Shown: positions 48,617-59,328, counted from the stretch's first letter. The stretch is 62,675 bases of DNA from Lachnospiraceae bacterium (GCA_024688505.1 JAILDZ010000064.1:1-62675), one strand, 5' to 3'. Notes: generated by a model from the letters alone, not told the origin. Program-made: numbers and translations.

Positions 48617-49936
48617 TTATATTATCAGCATGGCATCCCCAAAACTGAAAAACCTGTATTTTTCTTCCACCGCCGTGCTATAGGCTTTCAGCACCCGTTC
48701 TCTGCCTGCCAGCGCCGATACCAGCATAAGAAGTGTGGACTTTGGCAGGTGGAAGTTTGTGATAAGACCGTCTATGATCTTAAAATTATATCCAGGATAA
48801 ATAAATATGTCCGTGTCCCCCGACGCACCGGTTACCGGTAGTATCCATAACGGTGAATCATCGGGAACAATTTCCTCCTCGGCACGGAATCCTGCGGGGG
48901 AAATTGTCCCCGAATGATTCCCCTTCATGTCAAGAGCATCTGCGGGAGATACTCTCCCCGACTGATTCCCCTTCACATCAAACGTATCGCCGCCCACGGA
49001 TTGTGCATCGGATGCAAATCCGCGCGCATGATTCCGTGCAGAGCACGGATTTGCATTCGATGTGCAATCCGTGTCGCTAATCGCAGCCGACTCCAACGTC
49101 CGGGTGGAGGTGGTTCCCACTGCAATGACCCTTCCTCCCGCGGATTTCGTACTGTTAATTATTTCTGCTGCCTTAGCCGTGATCTCATACCACTCGGAGT
49201 GCATCTTGTGATCCATGATATCGTCCACATTCACCGGACGGAATGTTCCGAGTCCCACATGAAGAGTGACTTCAGCGATCTTCACTCCCATATTCCGCAC
49301 TTCCTCCAGAAGTTCTCTGGTGAAATGCAGTCCTGCGGTGGGTGCTGCCGCGCTGCCGTTAAACTTTGCATATACTGTGTTATATCTGTCCTTATCCTGC
49401 AGTTTATGTGTGATATATGGGGGAAGAGGCATCTCTCCCAACTCATCCAGTACTTCTTCGAATATCCCCTTGAACGAAAGCTCCACGATCCGGTTCCCAT
49501 CGGAAAGCACTTCCGCTATCCTTCCCGTGAGTTTCCCGTCTCCGAATATGATATTAGCGTCTTCCTTCAGTCTCTTTCCGGGACGCACTATACACTCATA
49601 ATACAGGCGGTTTATTTCTCCTTCGGTCTCTGTGCCAGAAGTCTCTTTATCAAATGTCACCCGCTTAAGAAGAAGCACTTCTACCGCGGCTCCTGTTTCC
49701 TTATGACCAATAAGCCTTGCCGGTATCACCTTTGTATTATTTATCACAAGGCAGTCACCCGGTCGCAGATATTCTTTTATATCATAGAAATGCCTGTGAG
49801 TGATATCTTCACCCACAGGTTTTGTTCTATCAAGTACCATCAGCCTGGATTCTGACCGCATCGTCAGTGGATCCTGGGCTATCAGTTCTTCCGGCAGATA
49901 ATAATCATAGGATGACAGCTTACTTTCTAAGCTCAA
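48617..49936 (-). CDS. queA: S-adenosylmethionine:tRNA ribosyltransferase-isomerase with ~75-aa internal insertion
   Basis: [66 protein letters not shown]. Confidence 0.95.
   Translation of the reverse strand: MSLESKLSSYDYYLPEELIAQDPLTMRSESRLMVLDRTKPVGEDITHRHFYDIKEYLRPGDCLVINNTKVIPARLIGHKETGAAVEVLLLKRVTFDKETSGTETEGEINRLYYECIVRPGKRLKEDANIIFGDGKLTGRIAEVLSDGNRIVELSFKGIFEEVLDELGEMPLPPYITHKLQDKDRYNTVYAKFNGSAAAPTAGLHFTRELLEEVRNMGVKIAEVTLHVGLGTFRPVNVDDIMDHKMHSEWYEITAKAAEIINSTKSAGGRVIAVGTTSTRTLESAAISDTDCTSNANPCSARNHARGFASDAQSVGGDTFDVKGNQSGRVSPADALDMKGNHSGTISPAGFRAEEEIVPDDSPLWILPVTGASGDTDIFIYPGYNFKIIDGLITNFHLPKSTLLMLVSALAGRERVLKAYSTAVEEKYRFFSFGDAMLII
48855..49073. repeat. Composite in-frame insertion in queA: two palindromic elements and a 48-bp tandem duplication
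   Basis: Hairpin 48855-48920 (core 48876-48898 is the exact reverse complement of 44403-44425); tandem units 48892-48939/48940-48987; hairpin 48995-49073 (arms 25/28). Confidence 0.88.
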
Positions 49937-52355
49937 TACCCATGCCCTCCAGTGCCTTTAATATCCTATCCATGGCGCTGTTCACATCATCATCGGAAAG
50001 GCTCTTATCCTTTGCCCTGAATGTCAGCGAATATGCCACGGATTTAAATCCTTCTTTGATCTGTGATCCTTCGTATATATCAAACAGATCGAAGCTTTCC
50101 AGATAGCTTCCGCCCTTATTTTTAAAGGCCTTTTCGATACTTCCCACCACGATGTCCTTTGGTACCACCATACTGATATCTCTGGTGGATGCAGGGAAGT
50201 TCGATATTCCACTGAATTTTATAGTCTTTTCTTTTGAGAACGTAAGTACTGCCGGCACATCAAGCACTGCCACTACCACACGGCTCTTTATACTGTAATT
50301 TCCGCATACTGCCGGATGCACTTCGCCCATGTATCCGATGAGTGTGCCTTTATAGTATATATCTGCTTTACGTCCGGGATGGAGATAAGGTCTATCATGT
50401 ACCTTCATCTCAGATGTATACTCCGGTTCTTCTGCATTAAGCCCTGCCTGCTCCAGGAACTCATTCACCACGCCCTTCATGGTGAAGAAATCAGCTCCTT
50501 CTCCGTACATTCCCAGAGTGAACTGCTCTCTTTCGTCGGGAAGTTCAGTAAGAGGAAGCGCCTTTGGAATGTATACGTTTGCCAGTTCATACAGGCGTAC
50601 ATCTTTATTTCTTCTGTTGAAGTTTGTGGAAAGACTGGTAAGCATTCCGTTTAGAGGAAGTGTCCTCATAATAGAGAAGTCTTCACCAAGAGGATTTGAT
50701 ATTTCGATAGCCTCCCGCTCTTTTTCTCCTGATGGGATCATAAGCTTATCGAACACCTTCGGGCTTTCGAAGGAATATGTCATGATCTGAGAGAACCCGC
50801 TGTATTCAGCCACATTCCGTGCCAGTTTTTCCAGCTTCATCTTATCTGATATGCCACCCTTCACAGATGATCCCTTCGGAAGTGTGGTGGGAATCTTGTC
50901 ATATCCATAGAATCTGGCCACTTCTTCTGCTATGTCCGCGTATGAAAGCAGGTCCTGTCTGAATGTGGGGATGAGCAAAGTGTTTGATGCTTCATCATAC
51001 TTTATCTCCAGAGGTTTAAAGTACTCAAGCATCTGGTCTTTACTTATATCAGTTCCCAGTATCTTATTATATTTATCCGGCTCGAAAGGAAGCGTGATAG
51101 GCTCCTTCTTATTCGGATATACATCCACTACACCTCCGCATACTGTACCGCATCCCAGCTCTTCCACCAGCTGACATGCCCTGTTCATGGCTTCAATGGC
51201 ATTATTTGGATCCAGTCCCTTTTCGAAGACTCCGGATGCATCTGTACGGAGTCCGATCTTCTTTGCTGAAACTCTGATATTAGCTCCATCGAAACATGCC
51301 GCCTCAAAGAGCATTGTCTTCACATCATCTGTGATCATGGAGTTTTCACCGCCCATAATACCGGCGATGCCCACCTGCTTCTTGCCGTCGCATATCATGA
51401 GTACGGAACTGTCCAGTTTCCTCTCCTGTCCGTCCAGAGTCACAAAGGTGTCTCCGTCCTTTGCTCTCTCCACCACGATCTTATTATCCTCTATAGTGGA
51501 AAGATCATATGCATGCATGGGCTGACCATATTCCACCATCACATAGTTCGTGATATCCACCAGATTATTAATGGGTCTGATGCCCTGAGAGCGAAGTCTC
51601 TGCTGCATCCACTCAGGTGAGGGGCCCACCTTGATATCCTTTACCACTCTGGCTGTATATCTGGAGCAAAGGTCTGTGTCCTTCACCTCAACAGAGATAT
51701 ATTTATTCACATCATCGCTGTCTCCCGTTTCTTTCACCACGGGAGGCTTAAACTCTTTACCGAAGGTGGCTGCCGCTTCTCTTGCTATACCCAGCACTCC
51801 AAAGCAGTCCACACGATTTGATGTGATCTCATATTCCACTATGCAGTCATCGAGTCCCAGCAGTTTCACTGCATCCTGCCCGATCTCTGTGCCCTCAGGG
51901 AAGATATATATGCCGTCTTCAGGTGCCTCCGGGAACATGTCCCTGGTGCTTCCCAGCTCCTCTATGGAACACATCATGCCAAAGCTTTCCACTCCACGGA
52001 GCTTGCCCTTCTTAATCTTTATGCCCCCGGGAGTCTTGCTGCCGTCATGTCCTCCGGCCACTTTTCCTCCGTCCAGCACCACCGGCACTATGGCATTTTC
52101 AAACACATTCGGGGCTCCAGTCACTATCTGGACAGTCTCGCTGCCCACGTTCACCTGGCACACCACCAGTTTATCTGCATCCGGATGGGGTTCTATCTTT
52201 TCGATGCGGCCCACAACTATTTTTTCCAGATCACTGTCCTGGCACTCATAGAATTCCACCTTGGATCCGGACATTATCATTGCGTCTGTATATTCCTGGG
52301 GAGTGACCTCAAGTCCCGGCACCAGGTCTTTTATCCATTTTAATGATGTCTTCAT
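49920..52355 (-). CDS. pheT: Phenylalanine--tRNA ligase beta subunit
   Basis: [40 protein letters not shown]-terminal RDIS/SVAY FDX-ACB domain. Confidence 0.96.
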   Translation of the reverse strand: MKTSLKWIKDLVPGLEVTPQEYTDAMIMSGSKVEFYECQDSDLEKIVVGRIEKIEPHPDADKLVVCQVNVGSETVQIVTGAPNVFENAIVPVVLDGGKVAGGHDGSKTPGGIKIKKGKLRGVESFGMMCSIEELGSTRDMFPEAPEDGIYIFPEGTEIGQDAVKLLGLDDCIVEYEITSNRVDCFGVLGIAREAAATFGKEFKPPVVKETGDSDDVNKYISVEVKDTDLCSRYTARVVKDIKVGPSPEWMQQRLRSQGIRPINNLVDITNYVMVEYGQPMHAYDLSTIEDNKIVVERAKDGDTFVTLDGQERKLDSSVLMICDGKKQVGIAGIMGGENSMITDDVKTMLFEAACFDGANIRVSAKKIGLRTDASGVFEKGLDPNNAIEAMNRACQLVEELGCGTVCGGVVDVYPNKKEPITLPFEPDKYNKILGTDISKDQMLEYFKPLEIKYDEASNTLLIPTFRQDLLSYADIAEEVARFYGYDKIPTTLPKGSSVKGGISDKMKLEKLARNVAEYSGFSQIMTYSFESPKVFDKLMIPSGEKEREAIEISNPLGEDFSIMRTLPLNGMLTSLSTNFNRRNKDVRLYELANVYIPKALPLTELPDEREQFTLGMYGEGADFFTMKGVVNEFLEQAGLNAEEPEYTSEMKVHDRPYLHPGRKADIYYKGTLIGYMGEVHPAVCGNYSIKSRVVVAVLDVPAVLTFSKEKTIKFSGISNFPASTRDISMVVPKDIVVGSIEKAFKNKGGSYLESFDLFDIYEGSQIKEGFKSVAYSLTFRAKDKSLSDDDVNSAMDRILKALEGMGIELRK

Positions 52356-52370
52356 TTTATCTTCTCCTTA

Positions 52371-53390
52371 TCAGAACTGACTTAAGAACCTGGTATCGTT
52401 CTCGTATAACAGTCTCATATCATCGATCTCATACTTAAGAAGAGCTATTCTCTCCAGTCCCACACCGAATGCGAAGCCCTGATACTCATTTGGATCTATG
52501 CCGCTCATCTCAAGCACATGAGGATGCACCTGTCCGCAGCCCAGGATCTCAATCCAGCCCTCTCCTTTACAGAATCTGCATCCCTTTCCATGGCACTTAA
52601 AGCAGGATACGTCCATTTCTGCGGAAGGCTCGGTAAATGGGAAATGATGGGGACGGAATTTAACTTTCACGTCTTCTCCGAACATTTCCTTTGCGAATTC
52701 AGCCAGAGTACCTTTAAGATCGGAAAATGTGATGTCCTTATCTATGGCCATTCCTTCCACCTGATGGAAAGAAGGAGAATGTGTGGCATCCACCTCATCG
52801 GAACGGAACACTCTTCCGGGTGCTATCATCCTGATGGGGAGCTTGCCCTGCTCCATCATATGCACCTGGCATGATGATGTCTGTGTACGGAGAAGGATGT
52901 CCTTATTGATATAAAATGTATCCTGTTCATCCTTGGCAGGATGATTGGCGGGGATATTCAGAGCCTCGAAGTTATAATAGTCATACTCCACTTCAGGTCC
53001 TTCCACCACTTCATACCCCATACCGATAAAGATATTCTCTATTTCTTCGAGGGCTATAGTATTCGGATGACGATGTCCTGCCTTAAGTTTCTTTGCAGGA
53101 AGTGTCACATCGATCTTTTCATGTTTAAGCCTGGCTTCCATCTCAGCCTTTTCAAATGCGGCTTTTGCTTCTGCAAGCTTTGCTTCGATGGCTTCTCTGG
53201 TTTCATTTACCATCTGGCCCACTTTGGGTCTGTCTTCCGGGCTCACATCCTTCATTGCCTTTAATATGCCGGTAAGCTCACCCTTTTTCCCCAGGATGGC
53301 CACCCGGATATCATTAAGTGTCTCAGCTCCCTCTGCAGCTTTTATCTGTTCCAGAGCTTTTTCTTTGATCTCCTGTAACTTGTCTTTCAT
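52371..53390 (-). CDS. pheS: Phenylalanine--tRNA ligase alpha subunit
   Basis: [36 protein letters not shown]. Confidence 0.96.
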   Translation of the reverse strand: MKDKLQEIKEKALEQIKAAEGAETLNDIRVAILGKKGELTGILKAMKDVSPEDRPKVGQMVNETREAIEAKLAEAKAAFEKAEMEARLKHEKIDVTLPAKKLKAGHRHPNTIALEEIENIFIGMGYEVVEGPEVEYDYYNFEALNIPANHPAKDEQDTFYINKDILLRTQTSSCQVHMMEQGKLPIRMIAPGRVFRSDEVDATHSPSFHQVEGMAIDKDITFSDLKGTLAEFAKEMFGEDVKVKFRPHHFPFTEPSAEMDVSCFKCHGKGCRFCKGEGWIEILGCGQVHPHVLEMSGIDPNEYQGFAFGVGLERIALLKYEIDDMRLLYENDTRFLSQF

Positions 53391-53429
53391 TTTTGTATAT
53401 CTCCTGTTAAAAAAATCCTAACTATTTTA

Positions 53430-55559
53430 TCACACTTCAGCGGAGTTTCCACCCTTTTTACCGAGGTATTCCTCCTTCACGTAGGATATCATGGAGGAAA
53501 GGGGCTGGGGTTTGCTGTAATAAAAGCCCTGGAATGCATCGCCGCCCAGTCTTTTAAGCATATCGCGCTGTGCCTCGCTCTCCACGAACTCAGCTATGAG
53601 CACCATGTTCATGCTGTCGCACATGGATGACACCGAGGAAATGATATGCTGGTCTTTTTTATTATGTACCACGTCCCTGGTGATCTTTCCGTCCAGTTTC
53701 ACTCCGTCAAACATGTCAGATTTCAGATAATCGATGGAAGTATGCCCCATTCCGAAATCATCTATAAGGAGTTTATGTCCGTGGCGCCTTACTGCGGAAA
53801 GTCTCTGCATTGCTGCAGGATTACTGTTCATCACAGCCTGTTCCGTAAGTTCGATCCAAAGATTGTTCCCGTCAATCCCATATTTCTCCACGGCCTCATC
53901 TATCATGTCCACAAACTTCGGATCCAGGGGAGACATACCTGTGATATTCGCGGATATCTTAGCCGGGATCTCTCCGTAGTCTTCTATCTCCTTTATGCTT
54001 TTACATGTAGCATCAAAGATAAACATTTCAAGCTCATGCAAAAAGCCGTTTTCCGTGGCAAGCTTTATAACCAGCGGGGGATATACTAAGCCCACCGTTT
54101 CATGCTGCCATCTGATAAGAGCTTCCGCTCCCATATACTGATCATTCCTGTCATACTGCGGCTGAAAAGCCAGGAACAGTTTGTTTTCTTCCAGATCGTT
54201 TTTCAGGTCAAAAGCCAGATCCTTTGCCGTTTCTCCCAGCCTTCCCGGAAGATCCATGAGTGTGACTTCCCGTACTTCTTCTTCACTTTCTTTTAAGATA
54301 TTAATAAGCTCATTTGTATAAGTCATGAGCCTGTATGCATTCCTGTAATCCGCTCTGGCCACAAAAGGCAGATAGACCGCCACATCGATCGCCAGAAGGA
54401 TCAGCTGCCATATGGGGCCCATCACAGTTCCCGTAGCCATATACCCGCTGAGAAGCATGGGCATGGTCCATGTGACATTCTGATCAATAATGGGAAGAAA
54501 TCCCACTACTGTCATAAAATAAGACAGGAAGCAGTTCACTATGGGAGTGGCTACAAAGGGGATCAGAAGGACCGGCTCAAACACTATGGGAAGTCCAAAG
54601 GTGAGGACCTCGCTCATATTAAATATTCCGGGGAGTATACCCAGTTTCGCCACAGTCCTTGACGAAAGATTCCTGCTTCTTATGAGTATGGCAACGATAA
54701 GCGCCAATATGCAACCGGATCCGCCCAGGATACAGTATGTGTTAAGAAAAACCGTGTTTATGATGTTTTCTCCGCCGTTATTTATGTTATCCCACAGCAG
54801 ATCCATATAAAATCCATCATTTATCACATAGAGGAAGTTTTGGCCGTGTATGCCGAAAAACCAGAGTCCCATGCAGATAAGTTCATAGAACAGTGCCGCG
54901 GATAGAGGTGAGACTGAATGTGCGTATATGATGCCCTGAGTGATGATGTCGCAGGCCACCTGCTGAAAGATCTTGCCACCGGACGCATAATTCACCACAG
55001 TCTCTATAAACACCGCTGCTGCCAGGACAGACACTATGGCACCTGTGCTTCTGAATGACGCGGATAATGATCTGGAGATACGATAGGATTTAAATCGTTT
55101 CGATAATCTTTCGTTTACAAAGCGATACAGATTGCATGATAGAAGCAGGGAGAAGAAGGCGGAAAACATGCCCTGTTGCGATATATATACTCTTTCAAAG
55201 CTGTCCGTCCCGAAGCCCACCAGAAACAGCAGTGTGAACATGGACACAAAAATAAGGATCACTCTTTCATAGAAATCCATCCCGGTGTGGACGGCAAAAC
55301 TCCATGATACAGCCACCACTATGTAGACAGACAGATTACCCCATATAGCTTCATAGATGGCAAATAACACGTCATGGTATACCCCCGCACTCTCCGAATA
55401 CAGGAATTCCTGGTAGGGTTGAAAGGGGAAATTCATAAGAAGCGTGCAAAGCACGGATATAAAAATAAGAGGGATAAGTAATGTGAATCCCTCTGTCAAA
55501 GAATCTATAAACACAGCCTTCATTTCTCTGTGTCTGGCGTTTTCAATTAAATCATTCAT
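53430..55559 (-). CDS. PTS EIIC (cellobiose/lactose type)-EAL fusion, c-di-GMP phosphodiesterase
   Basis: EIIC motifs WFFGIHG, GGSG, PGIFNMSE..FGLPIV; EAL motifs FQPQ, EALIRW, ELTE, DDFGMG, KLD, QGFYYSKP. Confidence 0.88.
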   Translation of the reverse strand: MNDLIENARHREMKAVFIDSLTEGFTLLIPLIFISVLCTLLMNFPFQPYQEFLYSESAGVYHDVLFAIYEAIWGNLSVYIVVAVSWSFAVHTGMDFYERVILIFVSMFTLLFLVGFGTDSFERVYISQQGMFSAFFSLLLSCNLYRFVNERLSKRFKSYRISRSLSASFRSTGAIVSVLAAAVFIETVVNYASGGKIFQQVACDIITQGIIYAHSVSPLSAALFYELICMGLWFFGIHGQNFLYVINDGFYMDLLWDNINNGGENIINTVFLNTYCILGGSGCILALIVAILIRSRNLSSRTVAKLGILPGIFNMSEVLTFGLPIVFEPVLLIPFVATPIVNCFLSYFMTVVGFLPIIDQNVTWTMPMLLSGYMATGTVMGPIWQLILLAIDVAVYLPFVARADYRNAYRLMTYTNELINILKESEEEVREVTLMDLPGRLGETAKDLAFDLKNDLEENKLFLAFQPQYDRNDQYMGAEALIRWQHETVGLVYPPLVIKLATENGFLHELEMFIFDATCKSIKEIEDYGEIPAKISANITGMSPLDPKFVDMIDEAVEKYGIDGNNLWIELTEQAVMNSNPAAMQRLSAVRRHGHKLLIDDFGMGHTSIDYLKSDMFDGVKLDGKITRDVVHNKKDQHIISSVSSMCDSMNMVLIAEFVESEAQRDMLKRLGGDAFQGFYYSKPQPLSSMISYVKEEYLGKKGGNSAEV

Positions 55560-55586
55560 CAAACCCGAGTGTCCGTTTCATAGCAT

Positions 55587-55766
55587 AAAGAAACCCGAAA
55601 CACTCACCTGCGATTTTGACTCCTAGCCACAGCTAGGTGGGTGGCCGCAAACAACCTTCTGTCTTCCACTGACAAAGGAGGCCCGACATAGGGTTGAAGA
55701 TATAGGCATCCCGTTTAAAGTAAATGTAGGTTCAAAATTCAACAGGCTTTTATGTATTTCAGGTAT
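55587..55766 (-). ncRNA. ssrS: 6S RNA
   Basis: About 180-nt intergenic rod: 5' AUACCUGAAAUAC pairs with 3' GUGUUUCGGGUUU, UUUUGA pairs with UCAAAA, and the AAACGGGA / GGCCACCCACC segments match my recollection of clostridial 6S; own promoter. Confidence 0.75.
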
Positions 55767-55770
55767 CCTT

Positions 55771-55799
55771 ATTATATAAAAAAAATCCCCTTCGCACAA
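55771..55799 (-). promoter_or_regulatory. Sigma-A promoter for the 6S RNA
   Basis: TTGTGC-17-TATAAT on the minus strand. Confidence 0.65.
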
Positions 55800-55811
55800 G
55801 TAGCGAAGGGG
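55778..55811 (-). terminator. Intrinsic terminator of the sulfur operon
   Basis: CCCCTTCGC-7 nt-GCGAAGGGG followed by ATTTTTTTT on the minus strand. Confidence 0.8.
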
Positions 55812-55829
55812 CATATTTTGACATACAGC

Positions 55830-57017
55830 CTATAAACCTTTTACAGCCTTTTCCGTCCTCTCCAGTGCCTCTTTCAGGGTCTCTCTGGGACAGGCCACAT
55901 TATATCTTTCAAAGCCGTCTCCGCCCACGCCGAATATATATCCCGCATCCAGCCAAAGCTTCGCTTTATTTCTCATAAGGTCTTCAAGCTCTCCTTTAGA
56001 AAGTGAAAGACCGGAGAAATCCACCCAGGGCAGATATGTGCCTTCAGGGTGCACCATCTTAAGCATGGGAAGACGTTCTTTTAAAAACGATTCCATATAC
56101 GTGATATTCCCGTATATATAATCCACCAGTGCATCCACCCATTCATCACAACCGGTATATGCTGCCTTCATGGCACTCAGTCCCATAATTGGGATCTCTG
56201 CATATCCGTATGTATTTGATGTATTCTCTATGGCTTTTCTCTTCTTCTCATCGTGGGCCAGGACTTCCGCTATCTGGAGTCCTGCCATGTTAAAGGTCTT
56301 GCTGGGAGATGTGAAACTCACGCTGTTTTTCTCGAATTCCTCCGAAATGGATGCGAAAGGAGTAAATACGTTGTCCTCATAAATGAAATCCGCATGTATC
56401 TCATCCGCAAGCACTGTCACTCCGTGAGAAAGACATATGTCCCCGATCTTTTGAAGTTCCTCCTTAGTCCACACTCTTCCCACCGGATTATGAGGAGAAC
56501 AGAGGATATAAAGCTTCACCTTTTCTTCTATTATCTGCTTTTCCAGAAGATCATAGTCAATGACATATTTCCCATCGGCATTTCTGGCAAGAGGATTTAT
56601 CACCAGTTTCCTGTTCACATCCCGAACGATATTTGCAAAAGGATAGTATACCGGCTGATTTATGAGAACCGCTTCTCCCTCTTTGGCAAGCGCCACAACA
56701 GCCATAGTCAGTGCGAAGCAGACACTGGGCTGGAAAATGATGTCATCGGGATCCGGTCCGAATCCGTGCCTTCTCTTAAGGTAATCAGACACTATTCTCT
56801 TATCTTCGTATTTTTCCACGGTGTATCCGAAGAAACCTTTGTCTGCTGTCTCTTTAAGAGCTGCAATAATAGGGTCGGGCGATCTGAAATCCATGTCCGC
56901 CACCCACAGAGGCAGTTCATCTGCGCTTCTTTTTCTTTCCTTGAAAAAATCCCATTTCAGGGAGTTGGTATTCTTTCTGTCATACACCTTATCAAAGTCA
57001 AAATGGTTTGCTGTCAT
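55830..57017 (-). CDS. patB: MalY/PatB family PLP-dependent C-S lyase (cystathionine beta-lyase)
   Basis: LPLWVADMDF, LCSPHNPVGRVW, DEIHAD, SPSKTFN, EGTYLPW. Confidence 0.9.
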   Translation of the reverse strand: MTANHFDFDKVYDRKNTNSLKWDFFKERKRSADELPLWVADMDFRSPDPIIAALKETADKGFFGYTVEKYEDKRIVSDYLKRRHGFGPDPDDIIFQPSVCFALTMAVVALAKEGEAVLINQPVYYPFANIVRDVNRKLVINPLARNADGKYVIDYDLLEKQIIEEKVKLYILCSPHNPVGRVWTKEELQKIGDICLSHGVTVLADEIHADFIYEDNVFTPFASISEEFEKNSVSFTSPSKTFNMAGLQIAEVLAHDEKKRKAIENTSNTYGYAEIPIMGLSAMKAAYTGCDEWVDALVDYIYGNITYMESFLKERLPMLKMVHPEGTYLPWVDFSGLSLSKGELEDLMRNKAKLWLDAGYIFGVGGDGFERYNVACPRETLKEALERTEKAVKGL

Positions 57018-57029
57018 ACTTTTCTTCCT

Positions 57030-58184
57030 TTACGATGCTGCTTTCTTAAATACTCTCTCCAGCTCTCCTATCAGATCATCCACTCCTTCGATGCCCACTG
57101 ACAAACGAAGCAGTCTGTCTGATATGCCCACTCGCTCACGCATTTCCGGAGTGAGCTCCGCATGGGTCTGGGTGATGGGATATGTCATCAGAGTCTCCGT
57201 GCCTCCCAGGCTTTCCGCAAAATAGAAAAGCTCCAGATTATTAAGCACCTTCTCTGCAAAATCCCTGTCGGCCACTTCAAAGCTTATCATGGCTCCGAAG
57301 CCTCTGGCCTGTTTTATCATAATATCATATCCTTCATGATCCTTTAAGCCCGGATATAATGTTCTCTTCACATATGGGGATCCCTTCAGGTATTCTGCGA
57401 TCCTCTGTGCATTTGATTCCGCTCTTTCCATACGAAGAGCCAGAGTCCTTATGCCGCGAAGTAGGAGCCAGCTGTCGAATGGTGCCATGGCTACCCCTGT
57501 GGTGGTGACGATCCTGCGAAGTCTTTCACAGATCTTATCATCATTCAGCATCACAAGACCGCCTATGGTGTCATGGTGTCCGCATAAGAATTTCGTACCG
57601 CTGTGGAGCACTATGTCTGCCCCCAGTTCCAAAGGATTCTGAAGATATGGGGATAAAAATGTGTTATCGATGATAAGCTTTATGTCAGTACCCTTCACCG
57701 CGTCTGACAGTTTACTGATATCTATCACGCGCATCATGGGATTTGTGGGAGTTTCGGCATATAATGCCACTGTGTTTTCTTTGAAATACTTTGTGACGTC
57801 TTCGTGGGCCATATCCACGGTGGTAAATTCTATTCCGTATCTGGAAAAGACTTCGTTAAAAAGCCTGGGGGAACCTCCGTAGAGATCTATGTCTGTTATG
57901 ATATGACTTCCCGCATCAAAGAGGTTTATGACACCTCCTATGGCAGACATTCCGCTGGAAAAAGCCACTGCATGTTCTGCGTTTTCAAGACCTGCTGCCA
58001 CAGCTTCCAGCTGACTCCTGGTAGGGTTTGTCTGTCTGCTGTAATCAAATCCGCTGGTTTCTCCCAGCTTATGTCTTGAGAATGTGGCTGTCTGATATAT
58101 CGGAAAGCTGATGGCATGATACTGATCCAGTAATCCCATATCCACGGCCTGACACTTGGTTTCAAAGCTTACGTCCCACTTCAT
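57030..58184 (-). CDS. Cys/Met metabolism PLP enzyme (cystathionine gamma-synthase/lyase family)
   Basis: PIYQTATF, YSRQTNPTR, FSSGM, ETPTNP, DNTF, HSGTKFLCGH, ESLGG, RLSVGIE. Confidence 0.92.
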   Translation of the reverse strand: MKWDVSFETKCQAVDMGLLDQYHAISFPIYQTATFSRHKLGETSGFDYSRQTNPTRSQLEAVAAGLENAEHAVAFSSGMSAIGGVINLFDAGSHIITDIDLYGGSPRLFNEVFSRYGIEFTTVDMAHEDVTKYFKENTVALYAETPTNPMMRVIDISKLSDAVKGTDIKLIIDNTFLSPYLQNPLELGADIVLHSGTKFLCGHHDTIGGLVMLNDDKICERLRRIVTTTGVAMAPFDSWLLLRGIRTLALRMERAESNAQRIAEYLKGSPYVKRTLYPGLKDHEGYDIMIKQARGFGAMISFEVADRDFAEKVLNNLELFYFAESLGGTETLMTYPITQTHAELTPEMRERVGISDRLLRLSVGIEGVDDLIGELERVFKKAAS

Positions 58185-58194
58185 CTTGTTTTTC

Positions 58195-59316
58195 TTATCC
58201 TTTCATTATGTCCTTTATTATTTCTGTCACTTTCACCATCTCATCTACAAGAGTGTATTCATCTGTAGTATGTATATTCCACATGGCATTAGCGATGCAT
58301 ATACTGTCTATGCAGTGCTTTTTAAACGTGTTGCAGTCACTGCCGCCGAAGGAGTCTTCTTTTATAAGAGAAATGCCGAGCTTCCCTATGGCCTTTTTAT
58401 AATCCGATAGAGCCTTGGAATCCTCCGGCACCTTATATGCCGTGAGATGCTTCTCATATTGAAATGCACTTTCACCCCCTGCTTCAGATGCTTCTTTTTC
58501 AAAGGCTTTTTTTACGATTTCCAGGGTATCAAAGGCTTTTTCATCGCTCCTGCTTCGTATCTCTCCTTTTATCACTGCTTTCTCCGGTACCACATTTACA
58601 GCCACTCCTCCTTCTATGGTGCCTATGGCAAGAGTGGTATCGCTGTCTACCCTCCCCACAGGAAGAGAGGCAATAGCCTTCGATGCTATCACTATGGCAT
58701 TTATACCCTTTTCCGGAGCGAATCCCGCATGACTGGCTCTTCCTTTAATGTTCACTGTAAAGGATATCAGTGTGGGCTCCGACATGGTGACGCTTCCCAC
58801 ATCTCCTTCCCTGTCCAGGAAAAAAGCCTTATCTGCATTAGACCTTGATATATCAAAAGCAGATGAACCCACTGTGAAAGCTTCCTCAGCCACAGGAAAG
58901 AAAAGCTCTATATTCTCATGCTCTCCTCCCTCTTCCATGATCTCCTGCACAGCTTCTATGATCTCCGCGATCCCTGCGACATCATCCGCTCCCAGAATGG
59001 TGCTACCGTCACTTGTGATCTTTCCGTCCTCATGAAGCACAGCTTTTTTGGATATTCCCGGCGCCACGGTGTCCATATGGGCGGAAAACAATACAGCGGG
59101 TTTGCCTTCCTTCGACTCATCATAGAATTTCGCAAAAAGATTTCCTGCATCGGAACCGGTCCTGTCGCAGGAATCATCTTCTGTTACCGGGATCCCCAGA
59201 TCTTCAAGGATTCTTATAACAGCTCCAGCCATAGCTCCCTCCTTGAAAGAAAGGGAGTCTATGGCTGTAAGTTCTGTAAAGATCTTCAGTAATCTTTCTC
59301 TATTAACACTACTCAT
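58195..59316 (-). CDS. M20 metallopeptidase (peptidase T-like)
   Basis: AHMDTV, LGADD, AEE, GRASHAG, GGSD, IHT motifs. Confidence 0.9.
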   Translation of the reverse strand: MSSVNRERLLKIFTELTAIDSLSFKEGAMAGAVIRILEDLGIPVTEDDSCDRTGSDAGNLFAKFYDESKEGKPAVLFSAHMDTVAPGISKKAVLHEDGKITSDGSTILGADDVAGIAEIIEAVQEIMEEGGEHENIELFFPVAEEAFTVGSSAFDISRSNADKAFFLDREGDVGSVTMSEPTLISFTVNIKGRASHAGFAPEKGINAIVIASKAIASLPVGRVDSDTTLAIGTIEGGVAVNVVPEKAVIKGEIRSRSDEKAFDTLEIVKKAFEKEASEAGGESAFQYEKHLTAYKVPEDSKALSDYKKAIGKLGISLIKEDSFGGSDCNTFKKHCIDSICIANAMWNIHTTDEYTLVDEMVKVTEIIKDIMKG

Positions 59317-59328
59317 CAGCTTCTCCTA

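Noticed and set aside
48855-49073. Intein or self-splicing intron in queA
   Set aside because: Too short, no intein terminal His-Asn motif and no recognisable group I/II core; explained by palindromic repeats.
48914-49855. 313-aa plus-strand ORF overlapping queA and its insert
   Set aside because: Antisense shadow with no recognisable motifs; no transposase or homing-endonuclease signature.
55587-55766. c-di-GMP riboswitch upstream of the EAL gene
   Set aside because: No GEMM-type consensus; end-to-end pairing, length and own promoter fit 6S RNA better.
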